DNA of 34,151 nucleotides from Hyphomicrobiales bacterium (GTDB lineage Bacteria; Pseudomonadota; Alphaproteobacteria; Rhizobiales; Beijerinckiaceae), in NCBI GenBank assembly GCA_028865375.1, contig JAGWKJ010000001.1, forward strand, positions 1-34,151, read 5' to 3'. Below the pieces are notes generated by a model that worked only from the letters and a program-made list of their open reading frames with translations, did not search any database and was not told the origin of the DNA. Positions 10,313 to 19,392 of the stretch are shown piece by piece. Position numbers and translations under genes: made by a program. Numbering within the stretch: position 1 is the stretch's first letter; every line of letters begins with the position of its first letter.

Positions 10313-12141
10313 TCGCCGGGGCGCGCGCGCAGGGGACCTTGGACAGGCTCGACGCGGCGCTCGCATGGGTCACGGAGGCGCCGGCGGCTTTCGCCGTCGC
10401 CTTCGAGGTCGCGCTGCTGTTGGTCGGCGTCGTGTCGCGGTTCGTCTTCGACGCGCCGTTGACGTGGTCCGACGAGCTCGCCTCCATCGTCTTCCTCTGG
10501 CTCGGAATGCTCGGCGCGGCGATCGCGCAGCGCCGCGGCGGCCACATGCGCATGTCCACGCTGGTCGAAAAGCTCGACGGCCCGTGGCGGGACGCGGCCG
10601 AGGCGTTCGGCGTCGCCATACCGGCGCTGTTCCTGGCGATCGTGCTGTGGCCGTCCGTGGGCTATGCGTCCGATCAGGCGATCGTGCACACGCCCGCGCT
10701 CGACATCAGCGAGGCGTTCCGCGCCGCCGCGGCCCCCGTCGGCGTGGCGCTGATGCTGGCGGGAAGCCTGTTGCGGCTGGCGCGGCGCAACCCGGGCGCG
10801 CTGGGCGCGGTGGCGGTCGGCCTCGTCGCCGCCGCGCTCGCGCTGAAACTTGCCGGACCGGCGATCGTCGCGATGGGGGCGTGGAACCTCGTCCTCTTCT
10901 TCGTCCTCCTCGTCTCGGCCGGCGTGCTCGCCGGCGCGCCGATCGCGTTCTGCTTCGGGCTGGCGACCGTCGCCTACCTGATGACGACTTCCTCCGTACC
11001 GCTAGGCGTCGTCTCGGGGCGCGTCACCGAGGGCATGAGCTCGATCGTGTTGCTCGCGGTGCCGCTGTTCATCCTGCTCGGCCACGCGATCGTGATGTCG
11101 CGGATGGCCGGCGCGATGGTCGATTTCCTCGCCGCCATGGTCGGCCACGTTCGCGGCGGCCTGTCCTACGTGCTGCTCGGCGCGATGCTGCTCGTGTCGG
11201 GCATTTCCGGCGCCAAGACCGCCGACATGGCGGCGGTGGCGCCGGTGCTGTTCCCCGACATGAAGCGGCGCGGCATTCCCGAGGGCGAGCTCGTCTCGTT
11301 GCTCGCCGCCTCGGGCGCGATGGCCGAGACGGTGCCGCCCTCGATCGTGCTGATCGTCATCGGTTCGGTGACCGGGGTGTCGATCGCCGCGCTGTTCACC
11401 GGCGGCCTGCTGCCCGGCGTGGTGCTGGCGCTCGCGCTCGCCTATGTCGCGCGGCGACGCATGGCGGACCCCGGCGCCGCCAAGGCGACGTGGGGCGAAG
11501 TCGGCGGCAAGCTGCTGCTCGCGGCGCCGGCGCTGGCGTTGCCGGTCGCGATCCGGTTCGCGGTGGCCGACGGCATCGCGACCGCCACCGAGGTCGGCAC
11601 GATCGGCGTCGCCTATGTCGCGCTCGTGGCCGCGCTGTTGCGCCGGCCGGTCGGCCCGCGCGCGATCTACCGCGCGCTCGTCGAGACGGCGGCGATGTCG
11701 GGCGCGATCCTCTTCATCATCGGCGCCGCGACCGCGATGGCCTGGGCGCTGACGCAGGCGAATTTCTCGGGTCGGCTCGCGACCGCGCTGGCCGCCGCGC
11801 CGGGCGGCAAATACGGCTTCCTGCTCGGCTCGATCACGCTGTTCGCCACGCTGGGCAGCGTGCTCGAAGGAATCCCCGCGATGGTGCTGTTCGGGCCGCT
11901 GCTGTTCCCGGTCGCCCGCGGGCTGGGCGTCAACGAGGTGCATTACGCGATCGTTGTCGTGCTCGCGATGGGCGTCGGGCTGTTCGCCCCGCCGTTCGGG
12001 CTCGGCTATTACGCCGCCTGCACCATCGGCGAAGTCGATCCGGCCAAGGGCATGCGGCCGATATGGAGCTATCTCGGCGCGCTGATGGGGGCGCTGCTGC
12101 TGGTCGCCTTCGTTCCTTGGATCTCGACCGGGTTCCTGTGA
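10309..12141 (+). CDS. Fused TRAP transporter small+large permease (DctQM)
   Basis: N-terminal DctQ-like part (PLTWSDELA, GGHMR) fused to a DctM-like part (LAVPLFIL, SGISGAKTAD, VPPSIVLI, GIATATE, GLFAPPFG). ATGA overlap with dctP. Confidence 0.9.
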   Translation: MIAGARAQGTLDRLDAALAWVTEAPAAFAVAFEVALLLVGVVSRFVFDAPLTWSDELASIVFLWLGMLGAAIAQRRGGHMRMSTLVEKLDGPWRDAAEAFGVAIPALFLAIVLWPSVGYASDQAIVHTPALDISEAFRAAAAPVGVALMLAGSLLRLARRNPGALGAVAVGLVAAALALKLAGPAIVAMGAWNLVLFFVLLVSAGVLAGAPIAFCFGLATVAYLMTTSSVPLGVVSGRVTEGMSSIVLLAVPLFILLGHAIVMSRMAGAMVDFLAAMVGHVRGGLSYVLLGAMLLVSGISGAKTADMAAVAPVLFPDMKRRGIPEGELVSLLAASGAMAETVPPSIVLIVIGSVTGVSIAALFTGGLLPGVVLALALAYVARRRMADPGAAKATWGEVGGKLLLAAPALALPVAIRFAVADGIATATEVGTIGVAYVALVAALLRRPVGPRAIYRALVETAAMSGAILFIIGAATAMAWALTQANFSGRLATALAAAPGGKYGFLLGSITLFATLGSVLEGIPAMVLFGPLLFPVARGLGVNEVHYAIVVVLAMGVGLFAPPFGLGYYAACTIGEVDPAKGMRPIWSYLGALMGALLLVAFVPWISTGFL

Positions 12142-12171
12142 GCGCCCGCGCGGCGGCCGCGCCTCGGCGCT

Positions 12172-13197
12172 TCAGACGTTCTCGCGCGTGCAAATCTCGA
12201 ACGGCAGCACGGCGCCCAATCCGCCGCCGCGCGCGCCGGCGTCGAGCGCGCGGGCCATGCCCGACACCGCGAGATCGGCGAGGCGATCCAAGGAAACGGA
12301 GAAGGCCAGCGACATCGTTCCGTCGAGCAGGGCCGCGCGCGTGTTGTCCATCAGCTGGTGACCGACCATGACCGTGCGCCCCGCCGCGCCCGCCGAACGC
12401 AGCGCCGCCATCGCGCCGGCGATGCCGCCGCCGGCGACGAACAGGCCCGCGAGATCCGGATGCTCGCGCAGCAGGCCCTCGGTCACTTCTTGCGCCACCG
12501 TGCTCGACTCGAACGTCGACAGCGGTTCCAACAGCGCGAACTCGGGCGCGAACTCGCGCAGGTAGGAGCGGAAGCCGCTCTCGTTCTGCTCCTGGCAGCG
12601 ATAGCGGTGGTTGCCCACGAGGATCCCGAGCTTGCCCGGCCCCTTGCACAGGCGGTGCATCGCCCACCCCGCGGTGCGCCCTACCTTCCAATTGTCGGCG
12701 CCGACGTAAGGCACTTCGCCGCCGGCCTCGAGCTCCGAGATCAGCGCGAACACCGGCACGCCACGTCCTTGGAGCGCGTCGATCGCGCGCGCCACGAGCG
12801 GATGCACGGCCGCGACGACGCCGATGGCGTCGCACGCCCCGCCGAGCGCGAGCATCCGCCCGGCGATGTTCTGGGGCGTGAGCTCGTCGACGAACTCGAC
12901 CGCGATTTCGACGTCGGCGCCGCCGAACCGGTCGCCGGCCGCGACGAGCGCGTCGGCGAGCATGCGATAATAGGTGCGGTGCGGCTGGTGCAGCAACATG
13001 CCGAACCGGTGTTTGGCCTTCGCCGCGCCGACGCGGCTCTCGATCGAACCGAGACCGTAGAAGCCGATGGCGGCGGCCGCGTCGCGCACGCGCCGCATCG
13101 TCGCGTGGCGGACCTTGCCGCCGCCGATGACGCGATTGACGGTGGAAATCGAAACGCCCGCCGCGGTCGCCAGATCCTTGATCGTCGGACGTCCCAT
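12172..13197 (-). CDS. LacI-family transcriptional regulator
   Basis: HTH PTIKDLATAAGVSISTVNRVI and a periplasmic-binding-protein-like sensor domain. Divergent from the desaturase/ABC operon. Confidence 0.93.
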   Translation of the reverse strand: MGRPTIKDLATAAGVSISTVNRVIGGGKVRHATMRRVRDAAAAIGFYGLGSIESRVGAAKAKHRFGMLLHQPHRTYYRMLADALVAAGDRFGGADVEIAVEFVDELTPQNIAGRMLALGGACDAIGVVAAVHPLVARAIDALQGRGVPVFALISELEAGGEVPYVGADNWKVGRTAGWAMHRLCKGPGKLGILVGNHRYRCQEQNESGFRSYLREFAPEFALLEPLSTFESSTVAQEVTEGLLREHPDLAGLFVAGGGIAGAMAALRSAGAAGRTVMVGHQLMDNTRAALLDGTMSLAFSVSLDRLADLAVSGMARALDAGARGGGLGAVLPFEICTRENV

Positions 13198-13265
13198 CGC
13201 TTCCCCCCGTCGGCGATCCTCTCAGAGCGTCTCATTCGTTCGCCGCACAATGGCATGAAAGAGAC

Positions 13266-13392
13266 GTTTTGATTCGAAACGATCATATCAACCTTGCCTC
13301 CAAATGGAATAGACGTTCTAATCAATTCACGCAGATCGACCGCCGCCGAGACGACCGGCCGTTCGAGAAAACCAAAGATCGTCAATCAAAAC
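13266..13392. promoter_or_regulatory. AT-rich divergent promoter region with candidate inverted operator pair
   Basis: GTTTTGATTcgaaACGATC (13266-13284) and an inverted copy GATCGTcAATCAAAAC (13377-13392) lie between lacI and the desaturase gene. Confidence 0.35.
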
Positions 13393-13495
13393 TTGCGGCC
13401 GCGACGCGCGGCGCCCGGGGTTTGGTCGCCGACGGCTCATGCCGTCAGGCGAGACGGCGAGGTGCGCGTCGACGCACCATGCCACGGAGCGTGTC

Positions 13496-14509
13496 ATGGA
13501 TGACTTGGCATTTGGCGTCAGGAACAAGCGCGGCGATTGGACGCCGAAGGCGCGGCTCGAGTTCGCCCCGTTCTGGGATCGGCCGTTGCGGTTGGCCAAG
13601 ATCCTCGCTTGGCTGCCCGGCTACGTGTGGCCGTGGAACGCGTTCCATCTGGCGACCGCGCTGCTTTACTGGCGCTTCGTCGTGCCCGACGCGGAGACGA
13701 TGAAGACGATCTCCTGGGGCTGGGCGCTCAGGCTCTACGTCGCCAACGCGCTTTCGATCTTCGCGCTCTACGGCGCGATCGAGCTGTTCTGGTACGTCCG
13801 GCGAAAGCAGGGCGTGCGCTTCAAGTTCAACGGCAAGTTCCCCGCGGACAATCCCTCCGACGTGTTCTGGTTCAAGAGCCAGAACCTCGACAACGCGTTG
13901 CGCACCTTCTTCGTCGGCATCCCGTGCTGGACGATCGTCGAGGTCTTCATGCTGTGGGCCTTCGCCACGGGTCGCGTGCACTGGCTGACGTGGGCCGACC
14001 ATCCCGTCTATCTCGCGGCGCTCGCGCTGCTCGCGCCGGCGATCCACGAGCTGCATTTCTTCGCCATCCACCGCGCGATCCATTCGCCGTGGCTCTACAA
14101 GCACGTTCATTCGGTGCACCACAATTCGATCAACCCGTCCCCGTGGTCGTCGCATTCGATGCACCCGGTCGAGACGTTGCTCTATCACTCGGTCGCGCTC
14201 TGGCACCTCGTCATCCCGTCGAACCCGGTGGTCGCGCTGTTCCAGCTGCACGTCGCGGGCTTCGGCGCGCTCAACGGGCACATCGGCTTCGACAGGCTCG
14301 AATTGACCGAGGGCGCCGCTCTCGAGAGCCACGCCTTCGCGCACTACCTGCACCACAAATATTTCGAGGTGAACTACGGCGGCGACGGGCTGATCCCGCT
14401 CGATCGTTGGTTCGGCACCTGGCACGACGGCACCAAGGACGGCGATGCGCTGATGCAGGCGCGCTTTGAGAAGAAGCGCGCCCGATCGAATGCCGGCCGC
14501 GCGGCCTGA
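13496..14509 (+). CDS. Sterol desaturase / fatty acid hydroxylase superfamily membrane di-iron enzyme
   Basis: His boxes HELHFFAIHRAIH, HSVHH, GHIGF and HYLHHKYFEVNYG..DRWFGT, with several hydrophobic helices. Start ATG 13496 follows GGAG. Confidence 0.88.
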   Translation: MDDLAFGVRNKRGDWTPKARLEFAPFWDRPLRLAKILAWLPGYVWPWNAFHLATALLYWRFVVPDAETMKTISWGWALRLYVANALSIFALYGAIELFWYVRRKQGVRFKFNGKFPADNPSDVFWFKSQNLDNALRTFFVGIPCWTIVEVFMLWAFATGRVHWLTWADHPVYLAALALLAPAIHELHFFAIHRAIHSPWLYKHVHSVHHNSINPSPWSSHSMHPVETLLYHSVALWHLVIPSNPVVALFQLHVAGFGALNGHIGFDRLELTEGAALESHAFAHYLHHKYFEVNYGGDGLIPLDRWFGTWHDGTKDGDALMQARFEKKRARSNAGRAA

Positions 14510-14566
14510 ACCGCGCGACGGACGTCGAACCCGCCATCGGGGCGGACGACAAGGGAGGAGATGGAC

Positions 14567-15553
14567 ATGAAACTCGGCAAGACCATAATGGCCGCCGCGC
14601 TTGCGGCCTCGGCGCTGGCGATCGGCGCGGGCGCGGATTTCGCGCAGGCGAAGGGCGCCAAGATCTTCGTGATCGGCGGCAAGGCGGACGATCCGTTCTG
14701 GTCGAAGGTGAAGAAGGGCGCCGACGAGGCCGGCCTCGTCGCCAAGGCGAACGGCGGCTCCGTCACCTGGCTCGGGCCGGCGAATTACGACAACCTCGGC
14801 CCCGACGCGGCGAAGCTGATCCGCACCGCGCTGAGCCAGCATCCCGACGCCATCGTGGGACCCGACTGGGTGCCCGCGGCGGAAGACGACGCGTTCAAGG
14901 CGGTCGTCGCGGCGCACGTCCCGCTCATCGTCTACAACGCCGGCGGCATGGACGCGGCCAAGCGCCTCGGCGCGATGAACTACGTCGGCAGCGACGAATA
15001 CGTGGCGGGCGTCGGCGGCGGCGAGTATCTCGGCGCCCACGGCGTGAAGCACGCGATCTGCGTCAACACGCTGCCCGGCACGTCCAACATCGAAGCGCGC
15101 TGCAAGGGCATCGCGGACGGGCTGGCCAAGAGCGGCGGCAAGACGACGGAGCTTCCGCTGCCGTCCTCGAACTTCGGCAACCCGACGGCGGTCGCCCAGG
15201 CGGTCAAGGCGGCGCTGATCAAGGACAAGAGCGTGGACGCGCTGGTCGCCATCGGCGCGGGCGACGCGGACGCGCTGGCGACCGCGATTCCCCAAGCCGG
15301 CCTCGCCGACAAGGTGAAGCTGGCGTCGTTCGACATGGACGAGGCGGGGCTGGCGCGCATCAAGGCGGGCAAGCAGTTCTTCGCCATCGACCAGCAGCCT
15401 TATCTCCAGGGCTTCCTCGCCGTCTCGTTGCTCAACGGCTACGTCGATTACGGCGTCGACCTGCCGACGCGCCCCGTGCTCACCGGCCCCGGAATCGTGG
15501 ACGCCTCGAACGTCGACGCAACGCTCGCGGGCGCCAAGGCCGGCGCGCGCTGA
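14567..15553 (+). CDS. Sugar/cyclitol ABC transporter substrate-binding protein (CUT2/ribose-type)
   Basis: Sec signal peptide, DPFWSKVKKGA, YVGSDEY and IDQQPYLQG. RBS spacing favours ATG 14567 (alternative 14561). Confidence 0.9.
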   Translation: MKLGKTIMAAALAASALAIGAGADFAQAKGAKIFVIGGKADDPFWSKVKKGADEAGLVAKANGGSVTWLGPANYDNLGPDAAKLIRTALSQHPDAIVGPDWVPAAEDDAFKAVVAAHVPLIVYNAGGMDAAKRLGAMNYVGSDEYVAGVGGGEYLGAHGVKHAICVNTLPGTSNIEARCKGIADGLAKSGGKTTELPLPSSNFGNPTAVAQAVKAALIKDKSVDALVAIGAGDADALATAIPQAGLADKVKLASFDMDEAGLARIKAGKQFFAIDQQPYLQGFLAVSLLNGYVDYGVDLPTRPVLTGPGIVDASNVDATLAGAKAGAR

Positions 15554-15564
15554 GGCGAAGAACG

Positions 15565-15631
15565 GCATCCGGCGCCCCCGTGCGCCGGATGCTCCGCGGC
15601 GCGCGGGCGGCGGCCTCCTCTCCGCCCGCGC
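15565..15631 (+). terminator. Tandem GC-rich hairpins after the SBP gene (mRNA stabiliser or partial terminator)
   Basis: Perfect 11-bp stem GCATCCGGCGC/GCGCCGGATGC (15565-15592) and 10-bp stem GCGCGGGCGG/CCGCCCGCGC (15601-15631). No U-tract. Confidence 0.55.
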
Positions 15632-15682
15632 GTTCCCGCGGCGCGACCGACTGACCAAACGCAACGGGACGGACCGACGACC

Positions 15683-16756
15683 ATGACCTCGGACGCTTCG
15701 CGCGCCGCCACGACGGCCGCGCCAAACCCGGCGCAGGACGCCGCGCCGCCGGCCCCTCGGGCCCGTCGATCCCTCGGCGGACTTCTGCGACGCCCGGAAA
15801 CGGGTTCGTTGATCGGCCTCGCCGCAGTGTTCGCGTTTTTCTCGTTCTTCGGAGGCGCCGACTTCCTGTCGGCGGGCGGCTTCGCGAGCTGGCTCAACGT
15901 CGCCTCCGAGCTCGGCATCATCGCGCTTCCCGTCGGCCTGCTGATGATCGCGGGCCAGCTCGACCTCTCGATCGGCACCATCCTGCCGGCGAGTTCGATG
16001 ACGGTCGCCATCGTCTCGGGCCGGTTCGGCGCGCCCATCGTGGTGGGCATCCTCGCCTCTCTCGCGCTCGGCCTCGCTGTCGGCTATCTCAACGGCGCGC
16101 TCGTGGTGCGCACCAAGGTGCCGTCGTTCGTCGTGACGCTCGCGACCCTGTTCGCCGTCGCCGGCTTCACGCTCGGCCTGTCGGTGATCCTCACGGGGAG
16201 CACCAGCGTGGCGCTGACGGCGCCCGAGCCGGCCAAGGGCCTGATCGGCGACTACGTCGGCGGCAAGTTCCAGACGTCGATCTTCTGGTGGATCGGCGCG
16301 GTCGTCGTGGTCGAATTCGTGCTGCACCGCTCGCGCTACGGCAACTGGATCCTCGCGCTCGGCGGCGATCCGGTCAGCGCGCGAAACGCCGGCATCCCGG
16401 TCGACCGGCTGACGATCGCGCTCTTCATGGCCAGCGGCCTGTGCGCCGCCTTCGTGGGCATGGAACAGGCGATCCTGTTCAACAGCGCGCAGGTGTCGGC
16501 GGGGCAATCCTTCATCTTCAACTCGATCATCGCGGTCGTGGTCGGCGGCGTGCTGCTGACGGGCGGCTACGGCACGGTGGCCGGCATCGTCTTCGGCACG
16601 ATGACGTTCGCCATCGTGAACCAAGGCATCTTCTACACCGGGTTCGACGCGAACTGGGCCAGCGCGATCATCGGCGCCCTGCTGCTGGCCGCGGTGCTGA
16701 TGAACAACACGTTCCGCAACATGGCGATGTCCGTCGCCGCCCGACCAAAGGCATGA
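15683..16756 (+). CDS. Sugar ABC transporter permease (RbsC-like)
   Basis: Motifs GQLDLSIG, VPSFVVTL, ALGGDPVSARNAGI and IAVVVGGVLLTGGYG. Multi-TM. Confidence 0.92.
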   Translation: MTSDASRAATTAAPNPAQDAAPPAPRARRSLGGLLRRPETGSLIGLAAVFAFFSFFGGADFLSAGGFASWLNVASELGIIALPVGLLMIAGQLDLSIGTILPASSMTVAIVSGRFGAPIVVGILASLALGLAVGYLNGALVVRTKVPSFVVTLATLFAVAGFTLGLSVILTGSTSVALTAPEPAKGLIGDYVGGKFQTSIFWWIGAVVVVEFVLHRSRYGNWILALGGDPVSARNAGIPVDRLTIALFMASGLCAAFVGMEQAILFNSAQVSAGQSFIFNSIIAVVVGGVLLTGGYGTVAGIVFGTMTFAIVNQGIFYTGFDANWASAIIGALLLAAVLMNNTFRNMAMSVAARPKA

Positions 16757-16764
16757 GGCCGACG

Positions 16765-17576
<812 letters not shown>

Positions 17577-17580
<4 letters not shown>

Positions 17581-18359
17581 GCGGCGACTTCGTCCTCGGC
17601 GCCTGCGCCGAAATGCTGTGGCGCGACCGGCCGATGGAATGGCGACTGCGGCGCCTGACGGAGCTCGGGTTCGAGGCCGGCATCTGGAATTGGCAGGCGC
17701 ACGACCTCGCCATGCTCGAGCGCTCGGGCGCGAAATTTTCCTCGATGACGGGCTACGTCGCCGGCCGGCTCGCCGACGACGCGGGCGCCGACGAATTGCT
17801 GGCGACCGCGCGCCGGTCCGTCGAAGTCGGCAAGCGGCTGCGCGTGGCGCGGCTCAACTTGCACGGAACCGGCCTCGGAGACGGCGGGCTGCCCGTGACG
17901 CCTTGCGAGAGGGTCACCGGCGCGATGTGGATCAAGGCGCGTGACACGCTCGCCCGCATCGCCGACCTCGCCGACGAAACCGGCGTCGTCTTCATGCTGG
18001 AAAACCTCAATCTCCCCGTCGACCATCCCGGCACGCCGTTCGCGCGTGTCGCCGACACGCTGGCGCTCGTGTCGTCGGTCGACCGGCCGCGGCTGAAACT
18101 GAACTTGGACCTCTACCACGTGCAGATCGGCGAGGGCGACCTGATCGGCTGGTGCCGGCGCTGCTTGCCGTGGATCGGCGAAGTGCAGATCGCCGACGTG
18201 CCCGGGCGCATGGAACCGGGCACCGGCGAGATCAACTATCGCGCCGTCGCCGGCGCGCTGAAGTCGATGGGCTATCGCGGCCCGGTATGCTTGGAAGCCT
18301 TCGCTTCGGGCGACGCCGAGGCCGCGCTCGCCTCGTTTCGCGTCGCGTTCGGTGGATGA
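17577..18359 (+). CDS. Hydroxypyruvate isomerase-like TIM-barrel sugar/inosose isomerase or epimerase
   Basis: MLENLN, LNLDLYHVQIGEG, QIADVPGRMEPGTGEINY and CLE metal-binding motifs of the Hyi/AP-endonuclease-2 fold. ATGA overlap. Confidence 0.85.
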
Positions 18360-18437
18360 AGGCGCGCGCCTCGCCTTGATCCCGCCAGCCGCCGGGCGCA
18401 GCTTCGCGATCCGACACGGATCGGGACGGAGGCTTCG

Positions 18438-18719
18438 ATGGTCAAGGCGGTCTGGAACGGCGAGACGATCGCGCAATCCGACGACACGGTCGTCGTAGAG
18501 GGCAACCATTACTTTCCGCGCGAGGCGGTGAAGGCCGGCGCGCTCAAGCCCAGCGCGACCACGAGCGTCTGCCCGTGGAAGGGCGTGGCGTCCTACCACA
18601 CGCTTGTCGCGGGCGGGCGCGAGAACCAAGACGCGGCCTGGTACTACCCCGACCCGAAGCCGGCGGCGGCGCAAATCCGGGACCGGATCGCCTTCTGGAA
18701 GGGCGTCGTTGTCGCCTGA
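18438..18719 (+). CDS. DUF427 family protein
   Basis: Motifs VVEGNHYFP, CPWKGVASY, AAWYYPDP and IAFWKGV. GGAGG RBS. Confidence 0.9.
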   Translation: MVKAVWNGETIAQSDDTVVVEGNHYFPREAVKAGALKPSATTSVCPWKGVASYHTLVAGGRENQDAAWYYPDPKPAAAQIRDRIAFWKGVVVA

Positions 18720-18739
18720 CGGGCGGCGGACCGTGGAAA

Positions 18740-18786
18740 TTGCTGCGATTTGCTGCGCAAAAAAATCTTTTTTTGGCGCCGCAAAA
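18740..18786. promoter_or_regulatory. Candidate PhaR autoregulatory operator (TGC-rich repeats)
   Basis: TTGCTGCG repeated at a 10-bp period (18740, 18750), an A7/T7 dyad and an inverted TGCGGCG copy upstream of phaR. PhaR is known to bind TGC-containing repeats at its own promoter. Confidence 0.55.
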
Positions 18787-18828
18787 GTCCTAGGCTCCGG
18801 GCGAGTTCGGGCGGGGAGCCTTGCGTCG

Positions 18829-19392
18829 ATGGCCGACAAGTCGCCGGTGATGATCAAGAAATACGCCAATCGGCGCCTGTATCACACGGGCTCGAGCAGC
18901 TACGTCACGCTCGAGGACCTCGCCGCGATGGTGAAGAAGGGCGAGGATTTCGTCGTGCGGGACGCCAAGTCCAACGACGACATCACGCGTTCGGTGCTCA
19001 CCCAGATCATCTTCGAGCAGGAATCGCGCGCGGGGCAGAACTTGCTGCCGATCTCGTTCCTGCGCCAGCTGATCGGCTTTTATGGCGACAGCCTGCAAGC
19101 GCTGGTGCCGAGTTATTTGCAGATGTCGATCGACCGCTTCGCCGGCGACCGCGGCGCGGTGAGCGAGGCCGCCGCGCGCGCCTTCGGCCCGACGGGGGCC
19201 AACGCCTTCGAAGAGATGACGCGTCGCAACATGCAGATGTTCACGCAAGCGCTCGGCGTGTTCGCGCCGTTCCAGCCGCCGCGCGACCCCGGCGCGGCGC
19301 CGGCGCGCGGCGAGGACGCCAAGCTCGACGCCATGCGCGCCGAACTCGACGCCATGCGCGAGAAGCTCGAGACTATCGCCTCGCGTAAATGA
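18829..19392 (+). CDS. phaR: Polyhydroxyalkanoate synthesis repressor PhaR
   Basis: IKKYANRRLYHTGSSSYVTLEDL, DITRSVLTQIIFEQE and LLPISFLRQLIGFYG. Confidence 0.95.
   Translation: MADKSPVMIKKYANRRLYHTGSSSYVTLEDLAAMVKKGEDFVVRDAKSNDDITRSVLTQIIFEQESRAGQNLLPISFLRQLIGFYGDSLQALVPSYLQMSIDRFAGDRGAVSEAAARAFGPTGANAFEEMTRRNMQMFTQALGVFAPFQPPRDPGAAPARGEDAKLDAMRAELDAMREKLETIASRK

Noticed and set aside
13496..14509. Naming the gene mocD or assigning sterol synthesis
   Set aside because: The motif pattern is sterol-desaturase-like rather than MocD-like, mocE/mocF are absent, and there are no sterol or hopanoid genes in context.
13445..16624. 1059-aa minus-strand ORF
   Set aside because: Antisense shadow of the desaturase/ABC genes. 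Long stop-free frames are expected at high GC, and it has no motifs.
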